Shown here piece by piece: positions 39,801 to 53,309 of a stretch of DNA of 64,000 bases. This stretch comes from Haplodiscus bocki (taxonomy: Eukaryota), in the NCBI GenBank assembly GCA_965655095.1, contig OZ296657.1:16368001-16432000 (forward strand), written 5' to 3'. Numbering within the stretch: position 1 is the stretch's first letter; each line of letters opens with the position of its first letter. The position numbers were made by a program, and so were the translations under genes. Under the pieces are notes generated by a model, which saw only the letters and a list, made by a program, of their open reading frames with translations, made no database searches and was not told the DNA's origin.

Positions 39801-42800
39801 TTTTCAAACTGACGTGCTTTTTGTGAATCTCAAAGAACCATCATGAAAAGATTTCCTTCTTGAAGTGCTGTTTCTGAATCTCACTGATTGATTGTGAAAA
39901 CATTTGCATCCTGAAGTGATAATTCTGAATCGCAATGAATGATTGTGAAAAAAATTCCTACCTTGACATGATTTTTCTGAATCAAAAGAATTGATCGTCA
40001 AAAGATATCAATCTTGACAAGGTATTTCTTTATCGGAAGCAACGGTAGTGAAAACGTTTCCATCGTGACTTTATTTTCCTGAACAGCAATGATTGATGGT
40101 GACAGGATTATCAACTTGAAGTGGTAATTCTTAATAGCAATGACTAATCGTGACAAGGTTTGCATCTCGACTTGGTTTTTCGTAACCCCAAAAAAAGGTC
40201 GTGTAAAAAGATCCATCATGACGTGAATTTTCTGGTTCGCAATGAACGATCGCGAAAAAAGTCCAAGCTTCACCTGATAATTCTGAATTGCATTGAAAGA
40301 TCGTGAGAAATTTTGGTTGATGACGTGGTATTTCCTAACCGCAAGGAAAGATCGTGAGGTTTTTTCCACTCTGATGTGATTGTTTTGTTTCGCAAAAAAT
40401 GATCGTGAAAACAATTCTATCTTGACGTGAAGTTTCTGAATCGCAGTGAACGACGGTGAAAACATTTCCACGTTGACGTGGTTTTTTTTAATCCGAAAGG
40501 AAGATCGTGGAGACACTTCCATCTTGACGTGATTTTTTTGAATCGGAAAAAATGATCGTGAAAACATTCCTCCATCTTGACGTGAATATTCTGAATCATA
40601 GTGAATGACGGGGAAAAAGTTTCCATGTTTACGTGGTATTTTTTAATCAGAAAGGAAGATCTTGAAACCTTTCCGCCCTGACGTGATTTTTCTGAATCGC
40701 TATGAACGATTGTGAAAAAATTTCAATCTTGATGTGCAACTCCTTGTTCACAATGATTGATCGTGAAAGACAATTTCATGGTGACGTGATTTATGAATCG
40801 CAATGAATGATCGCGCAAGGGTTTCCATTTTTTCGTGGTACTTCGTAACCGGATAGAAAGGCGGTGAAAACATTTTCAACTTGACGTGATTTTTCTGAAT
40901 CGCAATGAACCATCGGGAAAAGATTTCCTTCTTGAAGTCGTGTTTCTTACTCTCATTGATTGATTGTGAAAACAATTGCATCCTGACGTGAACATTCTGA
41001 ATCGCAATCAATGATTGTGAAAGAATTCCTACCTTGACCTGATTTTTCCGAATCACAAGAAATGATCGTCACAAGGTATCCAACTTGACAAGGTATTTCT
41101 TCATCGCAAGCATTGATAGTGAAAAGATTTCCGCCTTAACGTTATCTTTCCGATTTGCAATGGCTGATGGTGACAAGATTATCAACTTGAAGTGGTATTT
41201 CGTAATAGCAATGACTAATCGTGACAAGGTTTGCATCTCGACTTGGTTTTTCATTATCCCAATAAAAAGTCGTGTAAAAAGATCCATCACGACGTGAAGT
41301 TTCTGGTTCGCAATGAACGATCGTGTAAAAATTCCAAGCTTCACGTGATATTTCTGAATTGCATTGAATGATCGTGGAAAATTTTGGTTGATGACGTGGT
41401 ATTTCCTAACCGCAAGGAAAGATCGTGAGGTTTCTCCACTCTGATGTGATTGTTTTTGATTCGCAAGAAATGATCGTGAAAACATTCCTCCATCTTGACG
41501 TGAATTTTCTGAATCACAGTGAATGACGGGGAAAAAGTTTCCATGTTTACATGGTATTTCTTAATCAGAAAGGATGATCTTGAAAACCTTTCCGCCCTGA
41601 CGTGATTTTTCTGAATCGCTATGAACGATTGTGAAAAACTTTCAATCTTGATGTGCAATTCCTTGTTCACAATGATTGATCGTGAAAAACAATTCCATGC
41701 TGACGTGATTTATGAACCGCAATGAACGATCACGAAAGGGTTTCCATTTTGTCGTGGTACTTCGTAACCGGATAGAATGGCGGTGAAAAAATTTTCAACT
41801 TGACGTGATTTTTCTGAATCGCAATGAACCATTGGGAAAAGATTTCTTTCTTGAAGTCGTGTTTCTTAATCTCATTGAAGGATTGTGAAAACATTTGGAT
41901 CCTGACGTGAATATTTTGAATCGCAGTGAATGATTTTGAAAGAAATCCTACCTTGACCTGACTTCTCTGAATCACAAGAAATGATCGTCACAAGGTATCC
42001 AACTTGACAAGGTATTTCTTCATCGCAAGCATTGATAGTGAAAAGATTTCCGCCTTAACGTTATCTTTCCGATTTGCAATGGCTGATGGTGACAAGATTA
42101 TCAACTTGAAGTGGTATTTCGTAATAGCAATGACTAATCGTGACAAGGTTTGCATCTCGACTTGGTTTTTCATTATCCCAATAAAAAGTCGTGTAAAAAG
42201 ATCCATCACGACGTGAAGTTTCTGGTTCGCAATGAACGATCGTGTAAAAATTCCAAGCTTCACGTGATATTTCTGAATTGCATTGAATGATCGTGAAAAT
42301 TTTTGGTTGATGACGTGGTATTTCCTAACCGCAAGGAAAGATCGTGAGGTTTTTCCACTCTGATGTGATTGTTTTGATTCGCAAAAAATGATCGTGAAAA
42401 CAATTCTATCTTGATGTGAAATTTTTGAATCTCAGTGAACGGCGGTGAAAACATTTCCACGTTGACGTGGTGTTTTTTGATCGGAGAGGAAGATCGTGGA
42501 AACAATTCCATCTTGACGTGATTGTTTTGATTCTCAAAAAATGATCGTGAAAACAATTCTATCTTGACGTGAATGTTGTGAATCGCAGTGAACGACGGTG
42601 AAAACATTTCCACGTTGACGTGGTTTTTTTTAAGGGGAAAGGAAGATCGTGGAAACAATTCCATCTTGACTTGATTCTTTTGAATCGGAAAAAAAGATCG
42701 TGAAAGCATTCCTCCATCTTGACGTGAATATTCTGAATCACAGTGAAAGACGGGGAAAACATTTCCATGTTGACCTGGTATTTCTTAATCGGAGAGGAAG

Positions 42801-45800
42801 ATCTTGACATCCATTCCTTCCTGATGTGATTTTTCCGAATCGCTATGAACGTTTGTGAAAAAATTTCAACCTTGACGTGCATTTCCTTGTTCACCAAAAT
42901 TAATTGTGAGAAACAATTCCATGCTGACGTGATCTTTTGGAACTGCAATGAACGATCGCGAAAGGGTTTCCATTTTGACGTGGTACTTCGTAACTCGACA
43001 GAATGGCGGTGAAAGCATTTTCAACTTGACGTGAGTTTTCTGAATCGCAATGAACCATCGGGAAAAGATTTCCTTCTTGGAGTCGTGCTTCTTAATCTGA
43101 TTGATTGATTGTGAAAACATTTGCATCCTGACGTGAATATTCTGAATCGCAGTGAAAATTTTTGAAAGAATTCCTCCCTTGACCTGATTTTTCTGAATCA
43201 CAAGAAATGATCGTCGCAAGATATCCACCTTGACAAAGTATTCTTTTATCGCAAGCAACGATAACGTTTCCGTCCTCACGTTTTTTTTCTGATGTGCAAT
43301 GATTGATGGTGACAGGATTATCAAACTGAAGTGGTATTTTGTAATAGCAATGACTAATCGTGACAGGATTTGCACCTCGACTTGGTTTTTCATAATCCCA
43401 AAAAAATGGTCGTGCAAAAAGATCCATCTTGACGTGAATTTCCCGATTCGCAATGAATGATCGTGAAAAGATTCCAAGCTTCACGTGATTTTTCTGAATT
43501 GCATTGAATGATCGTGAAAAATTTTGGTTGACGGCGTGGTATTTCCTAATCGCAAGGAAAGATCGTGAGGTTTTTTCCACTCTGATGTGATTGTTTTGAT
43601 TCGCAAAAAATGATCGTGAAAACAATTCTATCTTGACGTGAAGTTTCTGAATGCAGTGAACGACGGTGAAAACATTTCCACGTTGACGTGGTTTTTTTTA
43701 ATCGGAAACGAAGATCGTGGAGACACTTCCATCTTGACGTGATTGTTTTTGAATCGGAAAAAATGATCGTGAAAACATTCCTCCATCTTGACGTGAATAT
43801 TCTGAATCACAGTGAATGACGGGGAAAAAGTTTCCATGTTTACGTGGTATTTCTTAATCAGAAAGGAAGATCTTGAAAACTTTTCCACCCTGACGTGACT
43901 TTTCTAAATCGCTATGAACGATTGTGAAAAAAATTTAACCTTGACGTGCTATTTCTTATTCACAAGGATTGATCGTGAAAAATAATTCCATGCTGACGTG
44001 ATTTTTCTGATTCGCAATGAATCATCGCGAAAAGGTTTCCATTTTGACGTGGTACTTCGTAACCGGATAGAATGCCGGTGAAAACTTTTTCAACTTGACG
44101 TGATTTTTCTGAATCGCAATGAGCCATCGGGAAAAGATTTCCTTCTTGAAGTCGTGCTTCCTAATCTGATTGATTGATTGTGAAAACATTTGCATCCTGA
44201 CGTGAATATTCTGAAACGCAATGAATGATTGTGAAAGAATTCCTACCTTAACCTGATTTTTCTGAATCAAAAGAAATGGTCGTCACAAGATATCCACCTT
44301 GACAAGGTATTCCTTTATCGCAAGCAACGATAAAGAAAACGTCTCCGTCCTCACGTTTTTTTTCTGATTTGCAATGATTGATGGTGACAGGATTATCAAC
44401 TTGAAGTGGTATTTCGTAATAGCAATGACTAATCGTGACAAGATTTGCACCTCGACTTGGTTTTTCATTATCCCAAAAAAAAGTCGTGTAAAAAGATCCA
44501 TCACGACGTGAAGTTTCTGGTTCGCAATGAACGATCGTGAAAAAAGTCCAAGCTTCACGTGATATTTCTGAATTGCATTGAATGATCGTGAAAAATTTTG
44601 GTTGACGGCGTGGTATTTCCTAATCGCAAGGAAAGATCGTGAGGTTTTTTCCACTCTGATGTGATTGTTTTGATTCGCAAAAAATGATCGTGAAAACAAT
44701 TCTATCTTGACGTGAAGTTTCTGAATGCAGTGAACGACGGTGAAAACATTTCCACGTTGACGTGGTTTTTTTAATCGGAAACGAAGATCGTGGAGACACT
44801 TCCATCTTGACGTGATTTTTTTGAATCGGAAAAAATGATCGTGAAAACATTCCTCCATCTTGACGTGAATATTCTGAATCATAGTGAATGACGGGGAAAA
44901 AGTTTCCATGTTTACGTGGTATTTCTTAATCAGAAAGGAAGATCTTGAAAACTTTTCCACCCTGACGTGACTTTTCTAAATCGCTATGAACGATTGTGAA
45001 AAAAATTTAACCTTGACGTGCTATTTCTTATTCACAAGGATTGATCGTGAAAAATAATTCCATGCTGACGTGATTTTTCTGATTCGCAATGAATCATCGC
45101 GAAAAGGTTTCCATTTTGACGTGGTACTTCGTAACCGGATAGAATGCCGGTGAAAACTTTTTCAACTTGACGTGATTTTTCTGAATCGCAATGAGCCATC
45201 GGGAAAAGATTTCCTTCTTGAAATCGTGCTTCCTAATCTGATTGATTGATTGTGAAAACATTTGCATCCTGACGTGAATATTCTGAATCGCAATGAATGA
45301 TTGTGAAAGAATTCCTACCTTAACCTGATTTTTCTGAATCAAAAGAAATGGTCGTCACAAGATATCCACCTTGACAAGGTATTCCTTTATCGCAAGCAAC
45401 GATAAAGAAAACGTCTCCGTCCTCACGTTTTTTTTCTGATTTGCAATGATTGATGGTGACAGGATTATCAACTTGAAGTGGTATTTCGTAATAGCAATGA
45501 CTAATCGTGACAAGATTTGCACCTCGACTTGGTTTTTCATTATCCCAAAAAAAAGTCGTGTAAAAAGATCCATCACGACATGAAGTTTCTGGTTCGCAAT
45601 GAACGATCGTGAAAAAAGTCCAAGCTTCACGTGATATTTCTGAATTGCATTGAATGATCGTGAAAAATTTTGGTTGATTACGTGGTTTTTGCTAACTGCA
45701 AAGAAAGATCGTGAGGTTTTTTCCAATCTCATGTGATTGTTTTGATTCGCGACAAATGATCGTGAAAACAATTCTATCTTGATGTGAATTTTCTGAATCG

Positions 45801-46859
45801 CAGTGAACGACGGTGAAAACATTTCCACGTTGACGTGGTTTTTTTTTAATCGGAAAGGAAGATCGTGGAAACAATTCCATCTTGACGTGATCATTTTGAA
45901 TCGGAAAAACTGATCGTGAAAACATTCCTCCATCTTGATGTGAAAATTCTTAGTCGCAGTGAAAAACGGTGAAAACGTTTCCATGTTGACGTGGTTTTTC
46001 TCAAGCGGAAAGGAAGATCTTGAAAACTTTTCCGTTCCAACGTGATTTTTCTGAATCGCAATGAACCATTGGGAAAAAATTTCAATCTTGAGGTGCATTT
46101 CCTTGTTCACAAAAATTGATTGTGAGAAACAATTCCATGCTGAAGTGATCTTTCGAAACCGCAATGAATGATCGCGAAAGGGTTTAAGGCGAAACATTTG
46201 CATCTTGACGTGAATATTCTGAATCACAGTGAATGACGGGGAAAAAGTTTCCATGTTTACGTGGTATTTCTTAATCAGAAAGGAAGATCTTGAAACCTTT
46301 CCGCCCTGACGTGATTTTTCTGAATCGCTATGAACGATTGTGAAAAAACTTCAATCTTGATGTGCAATTCCTTGTTCACAATGATTGATCGTGAAAAACA
46401 ACTTCATGCTGACGTGATTTATGAACCGCAATGAATGATCGCGAAAGGGTTTCCAATTTGTCGTGGTACTTCGTAACCGGATAGAACGGCGGTGAAAACA
46501 TTTTCAACTTGACGTGATTTTTCTGAATCGCAATGAACCATCGGGAAAAGATTTCCTTCTTGAAGTCGTGTTTCTTACTCTCATTGATTGATTGTGAAAA
46601 CATTTGCATCCTGACGTGAACATTCTGAATCGCAATCAATGATTGTGAAAGAATTCCTACCTTGACCTGATTTTTCCGAATCACAAGAAATGATCGTCAC
46701 AAGGTATCCAACTTGACAAGGTATTTCTTCATCGCAAGCATTGATAGTGAAAAGGTTTCCGCCTTAACGTTATCTTTCCGATTTGCAATGGCTGATGGTT
46801 ACAAGATTATCAACTTGAAGTGGTATTTCGTAATAGCAATGACTAATCGTGACAAGGTT

Positions 46860-49800
46860 TGCATCTCGAATTTGTTTTTCATTATCCCAAAAAAAAGTCG
46901 TGTAAAAAGATCCATCACGACGTGAAGTTTCTGGTTCGCAATGAACGATCGTGAAAAAAGTCCAAGCTTCACGTGATATTTCTGAATTGCATTGAATGAT
47001 CGTGAAAAATTTTGGTTGATGACGTGGTCTTTCCTAACCGCAAGGAAAGATCGTGAGGTTTTTTCCACTCTGATGTGATTGTTTTGATTCGCGAAAAATG
47101 ATCGTGAAAACAATTCTATCTTGATGTGAATTTTCTGAATCGCAGTGAACGACGGTGAAAACATTTCCACGTTGACGTGGTTTTTTTTAATCGGAAAGGA
47201 AGATCGTGGAAACAATTCCATCTTGACGTGATTTTTTTGAATCGGAAAAAATGATCGTGAAAACACTCCTCCATCTTGAGGTGAAATTTTTGAATCACAG
47301 TGAATGACGGGGAAAATGTTTCCATGTTGACGTGGTATTTCTTAATCAGAAAGGAAGATCTTGAAAACTTTTCCGCCCTAACGTGATTTTTCTGAATCGC
47401 TATGAACGATTGGGAAGAAATTTCAATCTTGACGTGCATTACCTTGTTCACCAAAATTAATTGTGAGAAATAATTCCATGCTGACGTGATCTTTTGGAAC
47501 CGCAATGAATGATCGCGAAAGGGTTTCCATTTTGACGTGGCACTTCGTAACCGGGTAGAATGGCGGTTGAAACATTTTCAACTTGACGTGATTTTTATGA
47601 ATCGCAATGAACCATCGGGAAAAGATTTCCTTCTTGAAGTCGTGTTTCTTACTCTCATTGATTGATTGTGAAAACATTTGAATCCTGACGTGAACATTCT
47701 GAATCGCAATCAATGATTGTGAAAGAATTCCTACCTTGACCTGATTTTTCCGAATCACAAGAAATGATCGTCACAAGGTATCCAACTTGACAAGGTATTT
47801 CTTCATCGCAAGCATTGATAGTGAAAAGATATCCGCCTTAACGTTATCTTTCCGATTTGCAATGGCTGATGGTGACAAGATTATCAATTTGAAGTGGTAT
47901 TCGTAATAGCAATGACTAATTGTGACAAGGTTTGCATCTCGACTTGGTTTTTCATAATCCCAAAAAACGGTCGTGTAAAAACATCCATCACCACGTGAAG
48001 TTTCTGGTTCGCAATGAACGATCGTGAAAAAAGTCCAAGCTTCACGTGATATTTCTGAATTGCATTGAATGATCATGAAATTTTTGGTTGATGACGTGGT
48101 ATTTCTTAACCGCAAGGAAAACTCGTGAGGTTTTTTCCACTGTGATGTGATTGTTTTGATTCGCAAAAAATGATCGTGAAAACAATTCTATCTTCACGTG
48201 AGTTTTTTGAACCGCAGTGAACGACGGTGAAAACATTTCCACGTTGACATGGTATTTTTTAATCGTAAAGTAAGATCGTGGAGACACTTCCATCTTGACG
48301 TGATTTTTTTGAATCGGAAAAAATGATCGTGAAAACATTCCTCCATCTTGACGTGAAATTTCTGAATCACAGTGAATGACGGGGAAAATGTTTCCATGTT
48401 GACGTTGTATTCTTAATCAGAAAGGAAGATCTTGAAAACTTTTCCGCCCTAACGTGATTTTCCTGAATCGCTATGAACGATTGGGAAGAAATTTCAATCT
48501 TGACGTGCATTTCCTTGTTCACAAAAATTAATTGTGAGAAACAATTCCATGCTGACGTGATCTTTTGGAACTGCAATGAACGATCGCGAAAGGGTTTCCA
48601 TTTTGACGTGGCACTTCGTAACCGGGTAGAATGGCGGTTGAAACATTTTCAACTTGACGTGATTTTTATGAATCGCAATGAACCATCGGGAAAAGATTTC
48701 CTTCTTGAAGTCGTGTTTCTTACTCTCATTGATTGATTGTGAAAACATTTGAATCCTGACGTGAACATTTTGAATCGCAATCAATGATTGTGAAAGAATT
48801 CCTACCTTGACCTGATTTTTCCGAATCACAAGAAATGATCGCCACAAGGTATCCAACTTGACAAGGTATTTCCTCATCGCAAGCATTGATAGTGAAACGG
48901 TTTCCACCTTAACGTTATCTTTCCGATTTGCAATGGCTGATGGTGACAAGATTATCAACTTGAAGTGGTATTTCGTAATAGCAATGACTAATCGTGACAA
49001 GGTTTGCATCTCGACTTTGTTTTTCATTATCCCAAAAAAAAGTCGTGTAAAAAGATCCATCACGACGTGAAGTTTCTGGTTCGCAATGAACGATCGTGAA
49101 AAAAGTCCAAGCTTCACGTGATATTTCTGAATTGCATTGAATGATCGTGAAAAATTTTGGTTGATGACGTGGTCTTTCCTAACCGCAAGGAAAGATCGTG
49201 AGGTTTTTTCCACTCTGATGTGATTGTTTTGATTCGCGAAAAATGATCGTGAAAACAATTCTATCTTGATGTGAATTTTCTAAATCGCAGTGAACGACGG
49301 TGAAAACATTTCCACGTTGACATGGTATTTTTTAATCGTAAAGGAAGATCGTGGAGACACTTCCATCTTGACGTGATTTTTTTGAATCGGAAAAAATGAT
49401 CGTGAAAACATTCCTCCATCTTGACGTGAAATTTCTGAATCACAGTGAATGATGGGGAAAATGTTTCCATGTTGACGTTGTATTCTTAATCAGAAAGGAA
49501 GATCTTGAAAACTTTTCCGCCCTAACGTGATTTTCCTGAATCGCTATGAACGATTGGGAAGAAATTTCAATCTTGACGTGCATTTCCTTGTTCACAAAAA
49601 TTAATTGTGAGAAATAATTCCATGCTGACGTGATCTTTTGGAACCGCAATGAATGATCGCGAAAGGGTTTCCATTTTGACGTGGCACTTCGTAACCGGGT
49701 AGAATGGCGGTTGAAACATTTTCAACTTGACGTGATTTTTATGAATCGCAATGAACCATCGGGAAAAGATTTCCTTCTTGAAGTCGTGTTTCTTACTCTC

Positions 49801-52800
49801 ATTGATTGATTGTGAAAACATTTGAATCCTGACGTGAACATTTTGAATCGCAATCAATGATTGTGAAAGAATTCCTACCTTGACCTGATTTTTCCGAATC
49901 ACAAGAAATGATCGCCACAAGGTATCCAACTTGACAAGGTATTTCTTCATCGCAAGCATTGATAGTGAAACGGTTTCCACCTTAACGTTATCTTTCCGAT
50001 TTGCAATGGCTGATGGTGACAAGAATATCAACTTGAAGTGGTATTTCGTAATAGCAATGACTAATCGTGACAAGGTTTGCATCTCGAATATGTTTTTCAT
50101 TATCCCAAAAAAAAAGTCGTGTAAAAAGATCCATCACGACGTGAAGTTTCTGGTTCGCAATGAACGATCGTGAAAAAAGTCCAAGCTTCACGTGATATTT
50201 CTGAATTGCATTGAATGATCGTGAAAAATTTTGGTTGATGACGTGGTCTTTCCTAACCGCAAGGAAAGATCGTGAGGTTTTTTCCACTCTGATGTGATTG
50301 TTTTGATTCGCGAAAAATGATCGTGAAAACAATTCTATCTTGATGTGAATTTTCTGAATCGCAGTGAACGACGGTGAAAACATTTCCACGTTGACGTGGT
50401 TTTTTTTAATCGGAAAGGAAGATCGTGGAAACAATTCCATCTTGACGTGATTTTTTTGAATCGGAAAAAATGATCGTGAAAACACTCCTCCATCTTGAGG
50501 TGAAATTTTTGAATCACAGTGAATGACGGGGAAAATGTTTCCATGTTGACGTGGTATTTCTTAATCAGAAAGGAAGATCTTGAAAACTTTTCCGCCCTAA
50601 CGTGATTTTTCTGAATCGCTATGAACGATTGGGAAGAAATTTCAATCTTGACGTGCATTACCTTGTTCACCAAAATTAATTGTGAGAAATAATTCCATGC
50701 TGACGTGATCTTTTGGAACCGCAATGAATGATCGCGAAAGGGTTTCCATTTTGACGTGGCACTTCGTAACCGGGTAGAATGGCGGTTGAAACATTTTCAA
50801 CTTGACGTGATTTTTATGAATCGCAATGAACCATCGGGAAAAGATTTCCTTCTTGAAGTCGTGTTTCTTACTCTCATTGATTGATTGTGAAAACATTTGA
50901 ATCCTGACGTGAACATTCTGAATCGCAATCAATGATTGTGAAAGAATTCCTACCTTGACCTGATTTTTCCGAATCACAAGAAATGATCGTCACAAGGTAT
51001 CCAACTTGACAAGGTATTTCTTCATCGCAAGCATTGATAGTGAAAAGATATCCGCCTTAACGTTATCTTTCCGATTTGCAATGGCTGATGGTGACAAGAT
51101 TATCAATTTGAAGTGGTATTCGTAATAGCAATGACTAATTGTGACAAGGTTTGCATCTCGACTTGGTTTTTCATAATCCCAAAAAACGGTCGTGTAAAAA
51201 CATCCATCACCACGTGAAGTTTCTGGTTCGCAATGAACGATCGTGAAAAAAGTCCAAGCTTCACGTGATATTTCTGAATTGCATTGAATGATCATGAAAT
51301 TTTTGGTTGATGACGTGGTATTTCTTAACCGCAAGGAAAACTCGTGAGGTTTTTTCCACTGTGATGTGATTGTTTTGATTCGCAAAAAATGATCGTGAAA
51401 ACAATTCTATCTTCACGTGAGTTTTTTGAACCGCAGTGAACGACGGTGAAAACATTTCCACGTTGACATGGTATTTTTTAATCGTAAAGTAAGATCGTGG
51501 AGACACTTCCATCTTGACGTGATTTTTTTGAATCGGAAAAAATGATCGTGAAAACATTCCTCCATCTTGACGTGAAATTTCTGAATCACAGTGAATGACG
51601 GGGAAAATGTTTCCATGTTGACGTTGTATTCTTAATCAGAAAGGAAGATCTTGAAAACTTTTCCGCCCTAACGTGATTTTCCTGAATCGCTATGAACGAT
51701 TGGGAAGAAATTTCAATCTTGACGTGCATTTCCTTGTTCACAAAAATTAATTGTGAGAAATAATTCCATGCTGACGTGATCTTTTGGAACCGCAATGAAT
51801 GATCGCGAAAGGGTTTCCATTTTGACGTGGCACTTCGTAACCGGGTAGAATGGCGGTTGAAACATTTTCAACTTGACGTGATTTTTATGAATCGCAATGA
51901 ACCATCGGGAAAAGATTTCCTTCTTGAAGTCGTGTTTCTTACTCTCATTGATTGATTGTGAAAACATTTGAATCCTGACGTGAACATTTTGAATCGCAAT
52001 CAATGATTGTGAAAGAATTCCTACCTTGACCTGATTTTTCCGAATCACAAGAAATGATCGCCACAAGGTATCCAACTTGACAAGGTATTTCCTCATCGCA
52101 AGCATTGATAGTGAAACGGTTTCCACCTTAACGTTATCTTTCCGATTTGCAATGGCTGATGGTGACAAGATTATCAACTTGAAGTGGTATTTCGTAATAG
52201 CAATGACTAATCGTGACAAGGTTTGCATCTCGACTTTGTTTTTCATTATCCCAAAAAAAAGTCGTGTAAAAAGATCCATCACGACGTGAAGTTTCTGGTT
52301 CGCAATGAACGATCGTGAAAAAAGTCCAAGCTTCACGTGATATTTCTGAATTGCATTGAATGATCGTGAAAAATTTTGGTTGATGACGTGGTCTTTCCTA
52401 ACCGCAAGGAAAGATCGTGAGGTTTTTTCCACTCTGATGTGATTGTTTTGATTCGCGAAAAATGATCGTGAAAACAATTCTATCTTGATGTGAATTTTCT
52501 GAATCGCAGTGAACGACGGTGAAAACATTTCCACGTTGACATGGTATTTTTTAATCGTAAAGGAAGATCGTGGAGACACTTCCATCTTGACGTGATTTTT
52601 TTGAATCGGAAAAAATGATCGTGAAAACATTCCTCCATCTTGACGTGAAATTTCTGAATCACAGTGAATGATGGGGAAAATGTTTCCATGTTGACGTTGT
52701 ATTCTTAATCAGAAAGGAAGATCTTGAAAACTTTTCCGCCCTAACGTGATTTTCCTGAATCGCTATGAACGATTGGGAAGAAATTTCAATCTTGACGTGC

Positions 52801-53305
52801 ATTTCCTTGTTCACAAAAATTAATTGTGAGAAATAATTCCATGCTGACGTGATCTTTTGGAACCGCAATGAATGATCGCGAAAGGGTTTCCATTTTGACG
52901 TGGCACTTCGTAACCGGGTAGAATGGCGGTTGAAACATTTTCAACTTGACGTGATTTTTATGAATCGCAATGAACCATCGGGAAAAGATTTCCTTCTTGA
53001 AGTCGTGTTTCTTACTCTCATTGATTGATTGTGAAAACATTTGAATCCTGACGTGAACATTTTGAATCGCAATCAATGATTGTGAAAGAATTCCTACCTT
53101 GACCTGATTTTTCCGAATCACAAGAAATGATCGCCACAAGGTATCCAACTTGACAAGGTATTTCTTCATCGCAAGCATTGATAGTGAAACGGTTTCCACC
53201 TTAACGTTATCTTTCCGATTTGCAATGGCTGATGGTGACAAGAATATCAACTTGAAGTGGTATTTCGTAATAGCAATGACTAATCGTGACAAGGTTTGCA
53301 TCTCG
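46860..53305 (+). repeat. 3,219-bp tandem duplication (three 21-mer units copied together)
   Basis: Identical or near-identical ORF pairs offset by exactly 3,219: 47116/50335, 47423/50642, 47771/50990, 48042/51261, 48858/52077, 49440/52659. Ends are approximate. Confidence 0.9.
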
Positions 53306-53309
53306 ACTT

